Notes: generated by a model from the letters alone, not told the origin. Shown: positions 1 through 14,515, counted from the stretch's first letter. The stretch is DNA of 64,000 nucleotides from Octopus vulgaris (GCA_951406725.2 OX597838.1:22444001-22508000); one strand, 5' to 3'. Made by a program: numbers and translations.

Positions 1-78
<78 letters not shown>

Positions 79-178
79 TCACTGCCTGGAATCGAACTCG
101 GATTCTTGGAGTTGGTAGCCCGCTGTTAACCACTACGTCACATGCCCGTGCGCATATGGCGAAGTGGTTAAGAGTGGT

Positions 179-209
<31 letters not shown>

Positions 210-360
210 AAGAAGAAGAAGAAGAAGAAGAAGAAGAAGAAGAAGAAGAAGAAGAAGAAGATGAAGAAGAAGAAGATCGAAACATACCTTAGGAATGAGA
301 ACCCAGGTTCGAAATTTCTCCAAGACGCCTCATGTAAATAATGTAAATAATGTAAATAAT
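1..360. mobile_element. Two head-to-head copies of the composite element
   Basis: Minus-strand tRNA-like head at 74-148 followed by (AAT)n. Plus-strand A box from about 151, then (AAG)n, body 277-330 and (ATGTAAATA)x3; the hammerhead is deleted in this copy. Confidence 0.6.
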
Positions 361-1639
361 TCTTCATCTCTTAAATATAGAACTGTATTTTTAAAAAAAC
401 ACTGTATCAGTACTGGAACGCCTTTTATCATAATTTTGCGAAATCCCCGATCATTAACACCAACAACAGCACAACACCCACCACCAAAAACAACAACAAG
501 AACAGCGACAACTACAACAACAACCAAAATAGCTCAATGCCTACTTTCACTGGCATTTCGACCGGTAGGGACCAGTTTAACGTCAGAAAATAGATTTTGA
601 TATTACATAGTTACCTCCCCTGAAGTCCTGCTTTGACTGCTGTTATAAATGCGCCATTCGCTTCAGAGTTGTCTCCCTTGTAAAAATTGCTTTATTATTT
701 GAAATCGGTTGTTACAGTGCAAAGAGTACAATTGCTATCGCGACGGACAAAATGCTTAGCAGCATTTCGTCCGTCTCCAAGGTCTCAGTTCAAATTACAC
801 CAAAGTTGACTTTGCGTTTCATTCATTCGAGAGCGATAAAATAAATATCAGTTGAGCACTGTTGTCGTCTTAATCGTTTTGACCCTCCCCCACCAAAAAA
901 GAACTGCTGATTTTGTGTCAAAATTTGAAACTCAATTACATAGAAAATCACGGCCGTGATTTGGCAGAATCGTTTTAAAAAAGGCGGCGAGCTGGGTTCG
1001 CTGTAATCGACTTACTCCCTTTGTCTGTCCTTGCTTGTTCCCTCTATGTTTAGCCCCTTGTGTGAGATTTTTCATTCAAAGATGACCAACGTTCTAGTCG
1101 AACAACTGAAGTTGTTTACAACCGATTCAAAACCATTCTAAGAAACAAGTACCAGGCATTAAACAATACTCGATTTGTTCGACTAAAGACTCTTCAAGAC
1201 GGTGCTCCAGTATGGCCGCAGTCCAATGACTGAAAGAAATAAAATAGGGAAAAAAATGTTGATGTATCGTTTCTCGTCGTTCAACAAGTTCAAGTTGTCA
1301 TGGGACATAACTCTAGATATCCCCGTTAATTAATAGTTAGAGTAATTTCCCTTTAAAATATCAAGGTAGATAACTTGTATGCGTGTGAATCTAATGAATT
1401 TGCATTTATCATTATATAACGTGACATCGTATCACGATAAGATGTTTTTTTCTTATTGTTTATTATAACGTGTTTGTCAACTCATTCGATGATATTTCAT
1501 TACACTTTGCTGTGCTGTGTGTGTCGGGGACGGTGGGAAAGTTAGTTTATTTCGCAACTATGTGGTTCAGTTCAACTGCGAAGTATCTGAGACAGACAGG
1601 CAGGTACGTAGGTAGACGCAAAGAGAGAAGGAGAGAGAT

Positions 1640-1683
<44 letters not shown>

Positions 1684-1744
1684 ACAGGTAGGCAGACAGA
1701 CAGAAGAAGGAGAGAGAAACAGACAGATAGACAGACGGACGGAC

Positions 1745-1829
<85 letters not shown>

Positions 1830-1885
1830 TGAGAAAGAGAGAGAGAATGATAGACACAGAGAGAGTGAGACAGAGATAAACAGGC

Positions 1886-1925
<40 letters not shown>

Positions 1926-2213
1926 GGGCGGACGGACGGACTGACGGACGGACAGACAAACAGTCCGACTGACGGACAGGCAGATAGATAGTGAGAGAGA
2001 GAGTTAGCAGCAGTATATGGTACATTTTAGAATCCTTGACATTGTTATCAACCGTTTATTGTGATTAAAATTTCTGGGTCCTTGACCCTAAAACTGAATT
2101 TAAGATAATTATCTCATTAGACTGAAACATGTTTGTTTTTTCCAGCCGCACGGTTCCTGGTTCACTTCCACTGCTCGGCACCTTCGATAGCTGTAATGTA
2201 CAATAGTCTCCGT

Positions 2214-2590
2214 GGAGGCGCAATGGCCCAGTGGTTAGGGCAGCGGACTCGCGGTCGGAGGATGGCGGTTTCGATTCCCAGACCAGGCATTGTGAGTGTT
2301 TATTGAGCGAAAACACCTAAAGCTCCACTAGGCTCCGGCAGGGGGGTGAACCCTGCTGTACTCTTTCACCACAACTTTCTCTCACTCTTTCTTCCTGTTT
2401 CTCTTGTACCTGTATTTCAAAGGGGCCAGCCTTGTCACATTCTGTGTGTCACGCTGAATCTCCTCGAGAACTACGTTAAGGGTACACGTGTCTGAGGAGT
2501 GCTCAACCACTTGTACGTTAAGTTCACAAGCAAGCTGTTCCGTTGATCGTATCAGCTGGGACCCTCATCGTCGCAACCGACGGAGTGCTC
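2214..2590 (+). mobile_element. tRNA-derived SINE family A (ggaggcgcaatggcccagtggttagggc...)
   Basis: A/B boxes; multiple copies in the window. Confidence 0.85.
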
Positions 2591-2647
2591 CTATACAATA
2601 GCCTCCAGCCGACCAGTTAGTCGCCAGTGGACGGAAACTGAAAGAAG

Positions 2648-2962
2648 TAGTTAGAGCGTCGAGCTTACGATCGTGAGTTCGAATCCCGAACCGGGCTGCT
2701 GGTTGTGTTCTTGAGCAAGACATTTTATTTCACGTTGCTCCAGTTGTCACTCAGCTGTAGAAATGAGTTGCAACGTCACAGGTGCCAAGCTGTATCGGCC
2801 CCTTTTCCTTTCCCTTGGACAACATCGGTGGCGTGGAGACGGGAGGCTGGTATGCATGGGCGACTGCTGGTCTTCCATAAACAACCTTGCCCGGACTTGT
2901 GCCAGGGAGGGTAACTTTCTAGGTGCAACCAATCCCATGGTTATTCATGACCAAAGGGGTCT
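2648..2962 (+). mobile_element. tRNA-derived SINE family B (gtgttcttgagcaagacact central domain)
   Basis: Copies at 27866, 53235 and 60574; B body also at 23240. Confidence 0.82.
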
Positions 2963-3079
2963 CAATATATTCATATATACATACACACACACATACACAC
3001 ATACACACATATGTATGCATATATAGTTACATACACATGCACATATACATACATATATATTTAAGTATATATCTATGTG

Positions 3080-3149
<70 letters not shown>

Positions 3150-3599
3150 ACGTGATCATCGTCCGTCTTTCTTTTCCTCACGTGTCCATCTTTTCTTGCA
3201 CGGACGTTCAAAAGACTGGACGTGTTTTCTTTCTCTCTCTTCTATCTTTTCTCTTCTGAAAGAAAATATTTCTCCCAGCATTCACTATTTTCTTCCCGTT
3301 CGGGTCTAACGACCTGCTATGTTTGTTTTCGTTCGGTTTCCTTGTACGTCTCCACTGTCCTGTTTTTGTTCCCAACTTTGACCCTCAATAAATCCTAAAT
3401 TTTATTTTGGAATTTATGGGAGCAACTGTCTTTAAAGACTCATATTGTTGAATACTCGAAATGGGGAGTAGAGAGACAGCCAACAACTTACGAAGTATCG
3501 ATTCACTGTGTTTACTTGTCCTGATTTCCAAGTATTTTTTTCTCGTTGTTTACGTATTTCATGTTGCTTACACAGTTTGTGACGTCCTGAACAACTGTG

Positions 3600-3891
3600 C
3601 CGATTTGAAGTGAGAAATAAGAAGATTGTGGTCAATGAGGAGAGTAGACGTGATACCAATAGTAATTGGCGCACTTGGAAGTATCAGCACTCAACTACCA
3701 ATATGACTAAAACAGATTGGTGCAAATGTGAAGGTAGAACACCTACAAAAATCAGCATTGCTGGGGACTGCAAGAATTCTTCACAGGGTTCTTGAAACAT
3801 AACCAGTAAATAAGTGTCACCTTAGTCTGCTGGCTGTGGACAGCTGACACTTTCCACCATACCCATCAAAATAAGCTGTGAGTATTCATCA

Positions 3892-3947
<56 letters not shown>

Positions 3948-3957
3948 TAATAATAAT
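3600..3957 (+). mobile_element. R4/Dong-type LINE 3' fragment, third subfamily
   Basis: DLK*EIRRLWSM.../VIPIVIGALGSIS...LQKSALLGTARILHRVLET*, then a short UTR and (AAT)n tail. Confidence 0.82.
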
Positions 3958-4389
3958 GGCATCAAATTTTGCCACAAGAACAGCCATTTTGGGGGAGGGG
4001 ATGTGTCGGTTACATCGACCCCAGTGTTCAACAGGTATTTAATTTGTCGACGCCGAAGGGATGGAAAACTATGTCAACCTCAGCAGAATTTGAACTCAGA
4101 ACGTAGCGATGAGCGAAATACTGCTAAGCATTTTGCCCGGCATGCTAACGAGTCTAACATTTCAATGCCTTCAATATCAATTATTGTTGTTGTTGTTGGT
4201 GTTGTTGTTGTGTTGTTGTTGTTGTTGTTGTTGATTTTGTTGTTGTTGTTGTTGTTGTTGTTGTTACTGCTGCTGCTGCTGCTGCTGGTTTTGTTGTCGT
4301 TGTCGTCGTTGACGTCGTTATCATCATCATCATCATCGTCGTCGTTGTTGTTGTTGTTGTTGTTCTTCTTCTTCTTCTTCTCATTATTA

Positions 4390-4472
<83 letters not shown>

Positions 4473-4671
4473 CACAACACAATATAAACACTAATACAAC
4501 AAAAGACTGCACCGCACCTCATAATAAAATATGAAAATTACACAATAGAATACGAGAAACACTTTGCACCCGCTTAACAACCGAAACGAAAAAAATAATG
4601 CTGCACACACACCCCAGGAACACGGTAGAAATTTGTCTGAAACTACCAAATATTGAATGATGATGACGATG

Positions 4672-4703
<32 letters not shown>

Positions 4704-4720
4704 GGTGATGATGATGATGG

Positions 4721-4762
<42 letters not shown>

Positions 4763-4796
4763 CGACGTCAATAACAACGACAACAATGAAAATAAA

Positions 4797-4870
<74 letters not shown>

Positions 4871-4946
4871 TGATGATGGTGATGATGATGATGCTGATGA
4901 TGATGACGACGACAATAACAACAAGAACAATGAAAATAAAAATTAA

Positions 4947-4996
<50 letters not shown>

Positions 4997-5019
4997 TAAT
5001 AATGATGATGATGATGATG

Positions 5020-5069
<50 letters not shown>

Positions 5070-5156
5070 TTCAAATTTCCTTGTTAACACTTCCAATTAG
5101 TTAAGATCAGAAGCCGTGAGAGCAGTTGCCTGGTATTGCATCATCAACGTCATCAC

Positions 5157-5189
<33 letters not shown>

Positions 5190-5400
5190 TATCATCATCA
5201 TCATCATAATTGTTGTTGTTGTTGTTGTTAATATCATTATTATTCTTAAGGCGGCGAACCGGTAGAATCGTTAGCGCGCTGGACGAAATGCTAAGCGATA
5301 TTTCGCTCGTCGCTACGTTCTGAGTTCAAATTCCGCCCAGGTCGACTTTGCCATTTATCCTTTCGTGGTCGATAAATTAAGTACCAAGGAAACTAACATT

Positions 5401-6215
5401 GGAGTTCCTGCAAGCTGTACCTTGAAAAACAGCTGCATGAGAAGTAAGCCCTGTTCATTGTGCAACACTATGAGTCAAATCGATTCCATCAGAAATCATA
5501 ACATTTCTGTTATGATTTGCACGGAAGATGGGACGTGTAGAGATTCCCATTTAGTGCACACAACGGTATGCACCAAAACACAACTTGATTTATGCTGATT
5601 GTGCAACAGAACAATTAAACAAACATTCATTGGGTACAGATATGACCTCAGGTACAATAACAGTAGTTCAATAGAACTTGCCGAACATTTTGCATCAAAC
5701 GGCAGCAATTTTGAAAAAGACTTGAAAGTGAATCTTCTCAGAAAAATATTCTGAATCTGCTACACTTTCAGTACTCAAAATGCATAAGGAGAAATATTTA
5801 TGAGTTATTAACACCACGCCCTGAAGGGATGAATAAAATGACAGGAGAATTTCATATTTATACAAAACTGTTTCATTAAATATTCTTTTTCCTTTCCTTT
5901 TTTTTCTTTCATTCTCTTCTTCTTTTCTCTTTTTTTTCTTTCTGTTTCTTTTTTTGCCAGTTGTAAACTTAAAAATTGAAGACTCATGATGTCATCCCAT
6001 GAACGTGGGAAAGCTGGTTTTCTCGTTCAAAATTTTGAATACGAATTTTTATGATTTTGACTTTCAATGTATCGCTTTTCATTTTGAACTCGACAAAGAC
6101 AAGTTAGCTGTCGAAATATCGTTCAACCAATAAAACACCTATTGCAATTGCATCGCGTTTTTCCTATTGTCTATTTGGCTTTGTGAGAAGTTACGTCAAT
6201 CCTTATAAAATATCA
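5401..6215 (+). mobile_element. Decayed Penelope-like retroelement 3' end (Cys linker, GIY-YIG endonuclease, pLTR)
   Basis: Frameshifted translation gives KPCSLC...GTCRDSHLVHTTVCTK/HNLIY.../GYRYDLRYNNSSSIELAEHFASNGSNFEKDLKVNLL.../LTPRPEGMN, matching the PLE endonuclease pattern with terminal PxGxN. It is followed by a T-rich UTR, a decayed hammerhead-like fold (6084-6126) and AATAAA. Confidence 0.75.
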
Positions 6216-6290
6216 TTATTATTATTGTTAAGCAAAGGCGGTAGCATGGCCAATGATGTAAATCCGAGGCGTAGTTATTGCTAGTTGAAA

Positions 6291-6358
<68 letters not shown>

Positions 6359-6359
6359 T

Positions 6360-7868
6360 TTTTTTTTTTCTTTCAAATTTGCTTCCATTTCTTGCCGAGT
6401 GTCTTCCCGACTCCCAGGGCAAAGAAACTCATAGTATACATTGGTAGGCCATTAAACCAAACTCAATAGTTCGTTCATTTTTTTTTTTTTTTTTTTTTAA
6501 GTTAAATTAAAATACATGAGCAGCAACAGTTCTCACATCAACAATGCTCTTCTCAATACGTGTGATGTACCAGTTAAGACAATCTTTTGCACTTCTTGCA
6601 GGGATGGTAAGCCAGGGATCATTCTCATATAATTTTCGGTTCCCTTCTTGATCATTCCTAGTGCTCCTACGATCACTGGTATTGTAACCGCCTTGAGATG
6701 CCACATTTTCTCAATTTCAATGAGTAGGTCTTTATATTTTCTGAGCTTGTCAAACTCTTTCGCTGAGATATTATGATCACAGGGGATGCTCATGTCGATC
6801 AATAAGCAAACTTTATTGTTTTGGTCTTTCACAACAATATCTGGTTTATTGGCCTTGATGGTTCGGTCTGTATGTACTGGAAAGTCCCACAGAATGGTTA
6901 CATTTTCTCCTTCAGTTACAGCCTCAGGGTGGTGATTATACCACTTGTCGGCAGTTTTGATATTGTAATGCCGACTTATTAGCCAGTGGAGATATTGGCC
7001 AACTCTGTCATGTCTTAATTTATACTCCACTGGTGCTAAGACTTTACATCCAGAGATTAGGTGGTCCACTGTTTCAATCATGTCGTTGCAGAATCGGCAT
7101 TTTGGGTCTGCTCCATTTTTCATCACATTGGCCTGGTAGTTCCGGGTTAATAGACTTTGATCTTGAGCAGCCAGGATGAAACCTTCGCTCTCTGCTTTTA
7201 GCCCTGAGCTCCGTAGCCACTGATGGGTTTGCTTCTGGTTTGTTTGCTGCGGGTCACATATTTGCCGTGCAGAGGTTTCTCCTCCCACCTATCAGCCAAT
7301 TGCTCGTGCGCTTTTTTCATTGCCATCATTTTCACCTTCTTTGCAACAATAGTTGCCGTACTTCCCTCGGGTTGTTCAGTTTGGGTATCCTGCACGAGAT
7401 CAATAGCAAATTTTTTGCTTTCCTTGATGATAGAATGAAGCTTCTTTCGTCTCTCGTGATTTTCCACGAGCTTTAGCATCCAGTCATTCGATATTTCGAG
7501 ATATTTGGCCAGTCCAATTGTGGTTGTTTTGTAAGCTAGTTCAAATTGGATCAGGCCTCGACCTCCTTGGGCTCTGGGAAGGTAAAGGCGATCTACGTCT
7601 GCCTTTGGGTGGTGCATCCTATTACAACTCAGCAGCTTGCGTATTTTCCTATCTATATTCTTTACTTCACTCATATTCCAGTTCAACACATTGTAGCTAT
7701 AAGTAACAACTGGAACTGCTAAGGAATTTATAGCTAACACCTTGTTACGTGCATTTAGTTCAGATTTCAGGACTGCACGAACTCTCCTATAACATTCCAT
7801 CCTGATCTTCTCTTTCATGCTTGCATGCTGAATACCAGAGCCTTCATTTATCCCTAAATATTTGTATG
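6360..7868 (-). mobile_element. 5'-truncated R4/Dong-type non-LTR retrotransposon (RT end, CCHC finger, restriction-like endonuclease)
   Basis: YKYLG at 5' end; CRFC...ETVDHLISGC; RHD; KPDIVV...LIDMSIP; PVIVGALG; one frameshift near 7250 joins ORFs 7198-7818 and 6533-7288. Flanked by (AAT)n on both sides. Confidence 0.92.
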
Positions 7869-7875
7869 TTTGTTC

Positions 7876-8008
<133 letters not shown>

Positions 8009-8087
8009 CATTATTATCATTATTATTATTATTTATTATTATTATTATTATTTATTATTATTATTATCATTATTATTATTATTTATT

Positions 8088-8634
<547 letters not shown>

Positions 8635-8636
8635 TA

Positions 8637-9118
8637 AGGAGTGAGCTTTTAGTATCGTTAGCATGCCGGGCGAAATGTTTAGCGATACTTCGTCTGTCGC
8701 TACATTCTGAGTTCAAATTCCGCCGAGGCCGACTTTGCCTTTCATCCTTTCGGGGTCAATAAATTAAGCACCAGTTACGCACTGGAGTCGATATAATCGA
8801 CTTAATCCGTTTGTCTGTCCTTATTTGTCCTCTTAAGTACCAGTTACGTACTGGGGTCGATGTAATCGACTTAATACCTATGTCTGTCCTTGTTTGTCCC
8901 CTCTGTGTTTAGCCCCTTGTGGGTAGTAAAGAAATAGGTATTTCGACTGTCGGTATGTTCTGAGTTCGAATTCCGCCGAGGTCGACTTTGCCTTTCATGG
9001 TTTCGAGGGTGGGGCCGATAAAATAGGTACCAGTTACGTACTGGGGTCTAAACAATTGACTTAACCTAACCCTCCCCTCCCACAATATTGCTGGCCGTGT
9101 GCCAAAATTTGAAACCGA
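8637..9118 (+). mobile_element. SINE family D (Nin/Deu-like domain), internally tandem
   Basis: gaggtcgactttgcctttcatcctttcggggtcgataaattaagtaccag resembles the Nin domain of DeuSINEs as recalled. Confidence 0.8.
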
Positions 9119-10249
9119 TATTTCCGCTTACTGTTTGCGCATTCTGTTTGCTGGTCGCATTCTTTGTCGAAATAGTTTGGCTTCTCGATATTTCTATTTC
9201 GTCCAACATTTTTCCAGCATTTTTACGCTAGAGCAACATTTGAAATATCTTCCACGTCTGACGGAAAACCGCCCCCACAGAAGCTAAGTCGTTGCTTTAT
9301 TATTCTTTTTTCTTTCTCTTTCACGAAATTAAATTTCGCAGACGATTAGATGAATCATAAAACTGGAAATGATTTTAACGAGGATGGAGGATGTCAAGGC
9401 TGGTTAATTAAGATCATAATTTTTTTTTTATTGTGTTCTTTCGTTTATTTTCTTACGCTTAGTTTTAATTAGGGTGGGAGAAGTTTCATGTTCTTCCAGG
9501 AGTTTTTTACGAGTTTATAGATATGCTTAGGCACTGACGCATGTGTGTGTGTGTGTGGTTAAGAAGCTGGGAAAAGTGCCAACATGCTAGAAACAGTAGT
9601 TGAAAAGACTCTAAGCCATCTATTTCCCTTTATTGCACAGGTGAATACCATTGATATTATTATTGTTATTTTATAATTTTATCCGATTATTTATGTATAA
9701 ATGTACATTTTGTGTGTGTATGTGTGTGTGTGTGTGCGTGCGCGCGTGTGTGTAAGTGTGTGTGTGTGTCCTTGTCCTTGCATCACTGTTTGACAACTGG
9801 TATTGGTGTGTTTAAGGCGGCGAGCTGGCAGAAACGTTAGCACGCCGGGCGAAATGCTTAGCGGTATTTCGTATGTATGTATGTATGTATGTATGTATGT
9901 ATGTATGTATGTATGTATGTATGTATGTATGCATGCATGCATGCATGTATGTATGTATGTATGTATGTATGTATGTATGTATGTATGTATGTATGTATGT
10001 ATGCATGCATGCATGCATGTATGTATGTATGTATGTATGTATGTATGTATGTATGTATGTATGTATGTATGTATGGATGGATGGATGTATGTAAGTATGT
10101 ATGTATGTATGTATGCATGCATGCTTGTATGTATGTATGTAAGTATATATGTATGTATGTATGCATGTATGTATGTATGTATGTATGCATGCATGTATGT
10201 ATGTATGTATGTATGCATGTATGTATGTATGTATGTATGTATGCATGTA

Positions 10250-10285
<36 letters not shown>

Positions 10286-10356
10286 TGTATGTATGTATGT
10301 ATGTATGTATGTATGTATGTATGTATGCACGCATGTAGGTATGTATGTGTGTATAA

Positions 10357-10775
10357 AAGGCGGCGAGCTGGCAGAAACGTTAGCACACCGGGCGAAACGC
10401 TTAGTGGTATTTTGTCTGTCGTTACGATGTGAGTTCAAATTCCGCCGAGGTCGACTTTGCCTTTCATCCTTTCGGGGTCGATAAATTAAGTACCAGTTAC
10501 GTACTGGGGTCGATGTAATCGACTTAATACCTATGTCTGTCCTTGTTTGTCCCCTCTGTGTTTAGCCCCTTGTGGGTAATAAAGAAATAGGTATTTCGTC
10601 TGCGTTACGTTGTGAGTTCGAATTCCGCCGAGGTCGACTTTGCCTTTCATCCTTTCGGGGTCGATAAATCAAGTACCAGTTACGCACTGGAGTCGATGTA
10701 ATCGACTTAATACCTATGTCTGTCCTTGTTTGTCCCCTCTGTGTTTAGCCCCTTGTGAGTAATAAAGAAATAGGT
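10357..10775 (+). mobile_element. SINE family D, tandem dimer of the 3' part
   Basis: A ~185-bp unit is repeated twice after the head. Confidence 0.85.
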
Positions 10776-10948
10776 ATTGGTGTGTTTACGTTCCAGTAAC
10801 CTAGCAGCCGGGCAAAACACATCGATAGAAGAATTACTATGCATTAAAAAAATAAGTCCTGGGTTCAATTTTGAACCCAGGTGGTGCTCCAGCATGGCGG
10901 CAGTCAAATGACTGAAACAAGAGAGTAAATGAAAAATCAATACATTTA

Positions 10949-11033
<85 letters not shown>

Positions 11034-11415
11034 GTGCGTGCGTGTAAAATATCGTATAATTATAAACAGGGTAAATTTTAGCCATTTCTCCGCAGACTGA
11101 AAAAAAATGATGAACAACCCTGATCAGTTTTTCGAAACTTATTGGGCTCTCATCAGAGATATATATGTATACAGCACTGGAAATTCATCGGCTACGATGA
11201 TAAGCACTCCACAGAGAATGTATGTTTATGCTTGTTTATGAATCTTTTATATCTTGGAAGTTACATTGTTCTGCGTTGTCGTACATTTTCATGAGGTAGT
11301 ACAAGTTTATAGACCCATGGTTTCTAGTCATTATATAGATGTATATATATAATTTTTTTCCGTAATGACATAAAACACCAAGGCTGCGTAGATTTTATAA
11401 CATTTATAAATAGAA

Positions 11416-11465
11416 GGTCTTACAGCTGTTTCTAGGATATTTATTATATCCCTTCATCTGAGATG
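11416..11465 (-). ncRNA. Type I hammerhead, U4A mutated
   Basis: catct CaGATGA ag-ggatat-aataa-atatcc-ta GAAA cagctg TA agacc; palindromic ACAGCTGT. A partial related copy lies at about 49488-49520. Confidence 0.6.
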
Positions 11466-11543
11466 GTGTGAGCAGATGGTTAAGCAATAGTTAATTTAGA
11501 TAAGATACGAAACAGAAAGTGAGGTGGAGGAATGAAAATAGAT

Positions 11544-11578
<35 letters not shown>

Positions 11579-11582
11579 TTTT

Positions 11583-11791
11583 AATCTTTTACTTGTTTCA
11601 GTTATTTGACTGCGGCCATGCTGGAGCACCGCCTTTAGTCGAACAAATCGATCCCAGGACTTATTCTTGTAATCCTGGTACTTATTCTATCGGTCTCCTT
11701 TTGCCGAACCGCTAAGCTATAGGGGGCGTAAACACACCTGCATTGGTTGCCAAGCGACGTTGGTGGGACAAACACAGACACACAAACATAT

Positions 11792-11874
<83 letters not shown>

Positions 11875-12005
11875 GGACGGACTTCTTTCAGTTTCCGTCT
11901 ACCAAATCCACTCACAAGGCTTTGGTCGACCCGAGGCTATAGTAGAAGACACTTGCCCAAGGTGCCACGCAGTTGCACTGAACCCGGAACCATGTGGTTG
12001 GTAAA
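11583..12005 (-). mobile_element. SINE family C (internal TA/CA microsatellite)
   Basis: ccacatggttccgggttcagt...ggcaccttgggcaagtgtcttctactatagcc; many copies. Confidence 0.85.
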
Positions 12006-12012
12006 CGTTAAT

Positions 12013-12106
<94 letters not shown>

Positions 12107-12738
12107 GTACATTATGAATAAATTGCGTATACAAGGACATTTAGACATGCATATGTACATACTTATGTGTGTGTGTGTGTGTGTCTGTCTGTATGTGTGT
12201 TCGTGCATGTAGGTATAATCGCGCAAATAATTAGTGTAACAAACTATCCCATTGTTATACATGTGCAACAAGATTGCAAATTGCTAATTAGCTGGTCAGT
12301 TCTAATTGATGACACCTCCAGTTACACACCTACCACTCACACACACATACACACGCGCACACGCACACACACACGTGCGCGCGCATGTACACGTACATAC
12401 ACACACAAACAATCACAAAAACGACTGCTACTCCCTGTACACACATTCCACACACACACACAGACACACACACACACGCACATATATATACACAAGCTCA
12501 CACATACACACACACATGCATTTGATGACATACAGCCAACCAGCACACCATCCGTACAGCCAGTCAGTCAATTAATGAACCAATTAACTGAACTGGCGAA
12601 ACATCCATCTCGGCAAACAGACAAAACGCCATTCGCACACACAGACACACACACACACACACACACACGTACACACACATACGTACAAATACACAGACAT
12701 ACTCATATATATATATACTTAAAAGCAGCAAAAATATA

Positions 12739-12790
12739 ACAAAAGCCGTTACTCAGAGTTTCACGTTTCCGTTCATCGGACAGTTTTGTT
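12739..12790 (-). ncRNA. Type I hammerhead ribozyme, U4C core variant
   Basis: aacaaaactgt CCGATGA acg-gaaa-cgt GAAA ctc-t-gag TA acggcttttgt: long stem I, GNRA-capped stem II. Confidence 0.75.
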
Positions 12791-12883
12791 AAAATTGAAC
12801 AGTAATAATGAAAGCATATTACTCTACCTCTGATATTTGAGTACTCTTTTTTCCACCTTGTTTCACATTTATGTGCTTACTCC

Positions 12884-12921
<38 letters not shown>

Positions 12922-12933
12922 TTTTATAGAAGG

Positions 12934-12984
12934 AGCTTCTACAGGACTAGAACTGTTTCATTCAAATGAAATCATCAGGAAGCT
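12934..12984 (-). ncRNA. Type I hammerhead ribozyme (left arm of palindrome)
   Basis: Exact reverse complement of 13070-13120. Confidence 0.8.
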
Positions 12985-13069
12985 TGCTGTCAAAATAAGT
13001 TCTGGTATTTATACATTTAGGCAGAATGTATGTATAAATGTATGAATACCAGAACTTATTTTGACAGTA

Positions 13070-13120
13070 AGCTTCCTGATGATTTCATTTGAATGAAACA
13101 GTTCTAGTCCTGTAGAAGCT
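13070..13120 (+). ncRNA. Type I hammerhead ribozyme (right arm of palindrome)
   Basis: agcttc CTGATGA tttcatttgaat GAAA cag-ttctagtc-ctg TA gaagct; stem II is weak. Confidence 0.8.
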
Positions 13121-13211
13121 CCTTCTATAAAATAAATTAATTTACTCTGCTATGTATTGAGTACCTTATTTACTGTGGTTAACCCCGACTCAACCCGGGA
13201 CCTACATATAC

Positions 13212-13270
<59 letters not shown>

Positions 13271-13727
13271 TGTATGTATATGTACACACACACATAAATA
13301 CACCTACGCACACACGCACAAACGCAAATACAGACACATAACCTATATATACATATACACACATACGCATCTGCACACATATACATACCAACAATAGATA
13401 CATACATACAGATATTCATACAACCCTAATAGCTGTTAGACAAGTATGACCACCACTGATGAAAAATTAGCTTCTTTCTGGATCTTCCCTTCTTAGCATT
13501 TTCCTTTTAAATCCTGCCTCGGATTTGCTATTTTCGATTTGTTTTGTTCCCGATACGGCATTCATTATCACACAATGCAATCGGATTATCGATCTATACA
13601 GAACCTTGATTGCGTATTTCTATATGCCGAGTGAATCAGGATCGGTTGGAAATTTCTCTTTCAATATAGAAAGTGTGATGGATTAGCAACTGTGAACTGG
13701 TTGTTTTCAACTTGAGGCCTTTGAGAC

Positions 13728-14028
13728 ATACATACATGTTTGTTTCTTTTCGAGCCACACCTGGTTCATAAGGGCCGGTTTCCCGGTTTCCTTATCGTAT
13801 AGGTTCCCCACCTGGACAAGATACCGGTCCGTCGCAGGTGAGCTGCAAGATGCAGGAGGAAAGAGTGAGAGAAGTTGTGGCGAAGGAGTCAGCAGAAGTT
13901 TGCCATTACCTTCTGCCGGAGCCGCGTGGAACTTAGGTCTTTTGCTCATAAACACACGCATCGCCCGGTCTGAGATTCAAACCCGCGATCGTTCGACCAC
14001 GAATCTGCTGCTCTAACAACTAGGCCAT
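13728..14028 (-). mobile_element. SINE related to family A with a different 3' half
   Basis: Minus strand tggcctagttgttagagcagc...tctcagaccgggcgatgcgtgtgtttatgagc matches the family A head. Confidence 0.7.
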
Positions 14029-14477
14029 GTTTTTACTGTTTTGTTCTCACTGTCCTGTTCTTGTTACCACTTTCACCATCCGCAAAAAATCCCAAATTTT
14101 ATTTAACTTGCTTTGCGGAAAGGACTGTTTCAACGAAGTCGCATCTTGTTCTTGCTTTCGCACCGTGGAGTAGTTGAAACAGGGACAACTGAAGAAAGGG
14201 AATATTCTTTATGTTGTATGTCTCGTTTCTCTGTTTTATTCGTTGTCCGAAAAAATTTTCGTTTCTATGTTTTTGTTTTTATGTTTTCGTTTCTCATTGT
14301 GTTCAACGTCTTTTTGATGTCCTGTACCCATATATGCATATATATATATATATATACATATATATGTAGGTGTGTGCATATATGTATGCATATGTGCATA
14401 TATTTATATATTATTTATATTATACATATATATGGCCATAGTCTAAAGACTGAACAAGTAGAAGTTACACAAACAAA

Positions 14478-14515
<38 letters not shown>

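Larger units (their letters stand above)
12922..13132. repeat. Long inverted repeat (~98-bp arms, ~15-nt loop)
   Basis: Arms are reverse complements with about 2 mismatches; adjacent to (TA)n. Confidence 0.95.

Noticed and set aside
74-148. tRNA gene
   Set aside because: The acceptor stem does not pair and it runs into (AAT)n; it is a SINE-type head. The same applies to all other A/B-box hits.
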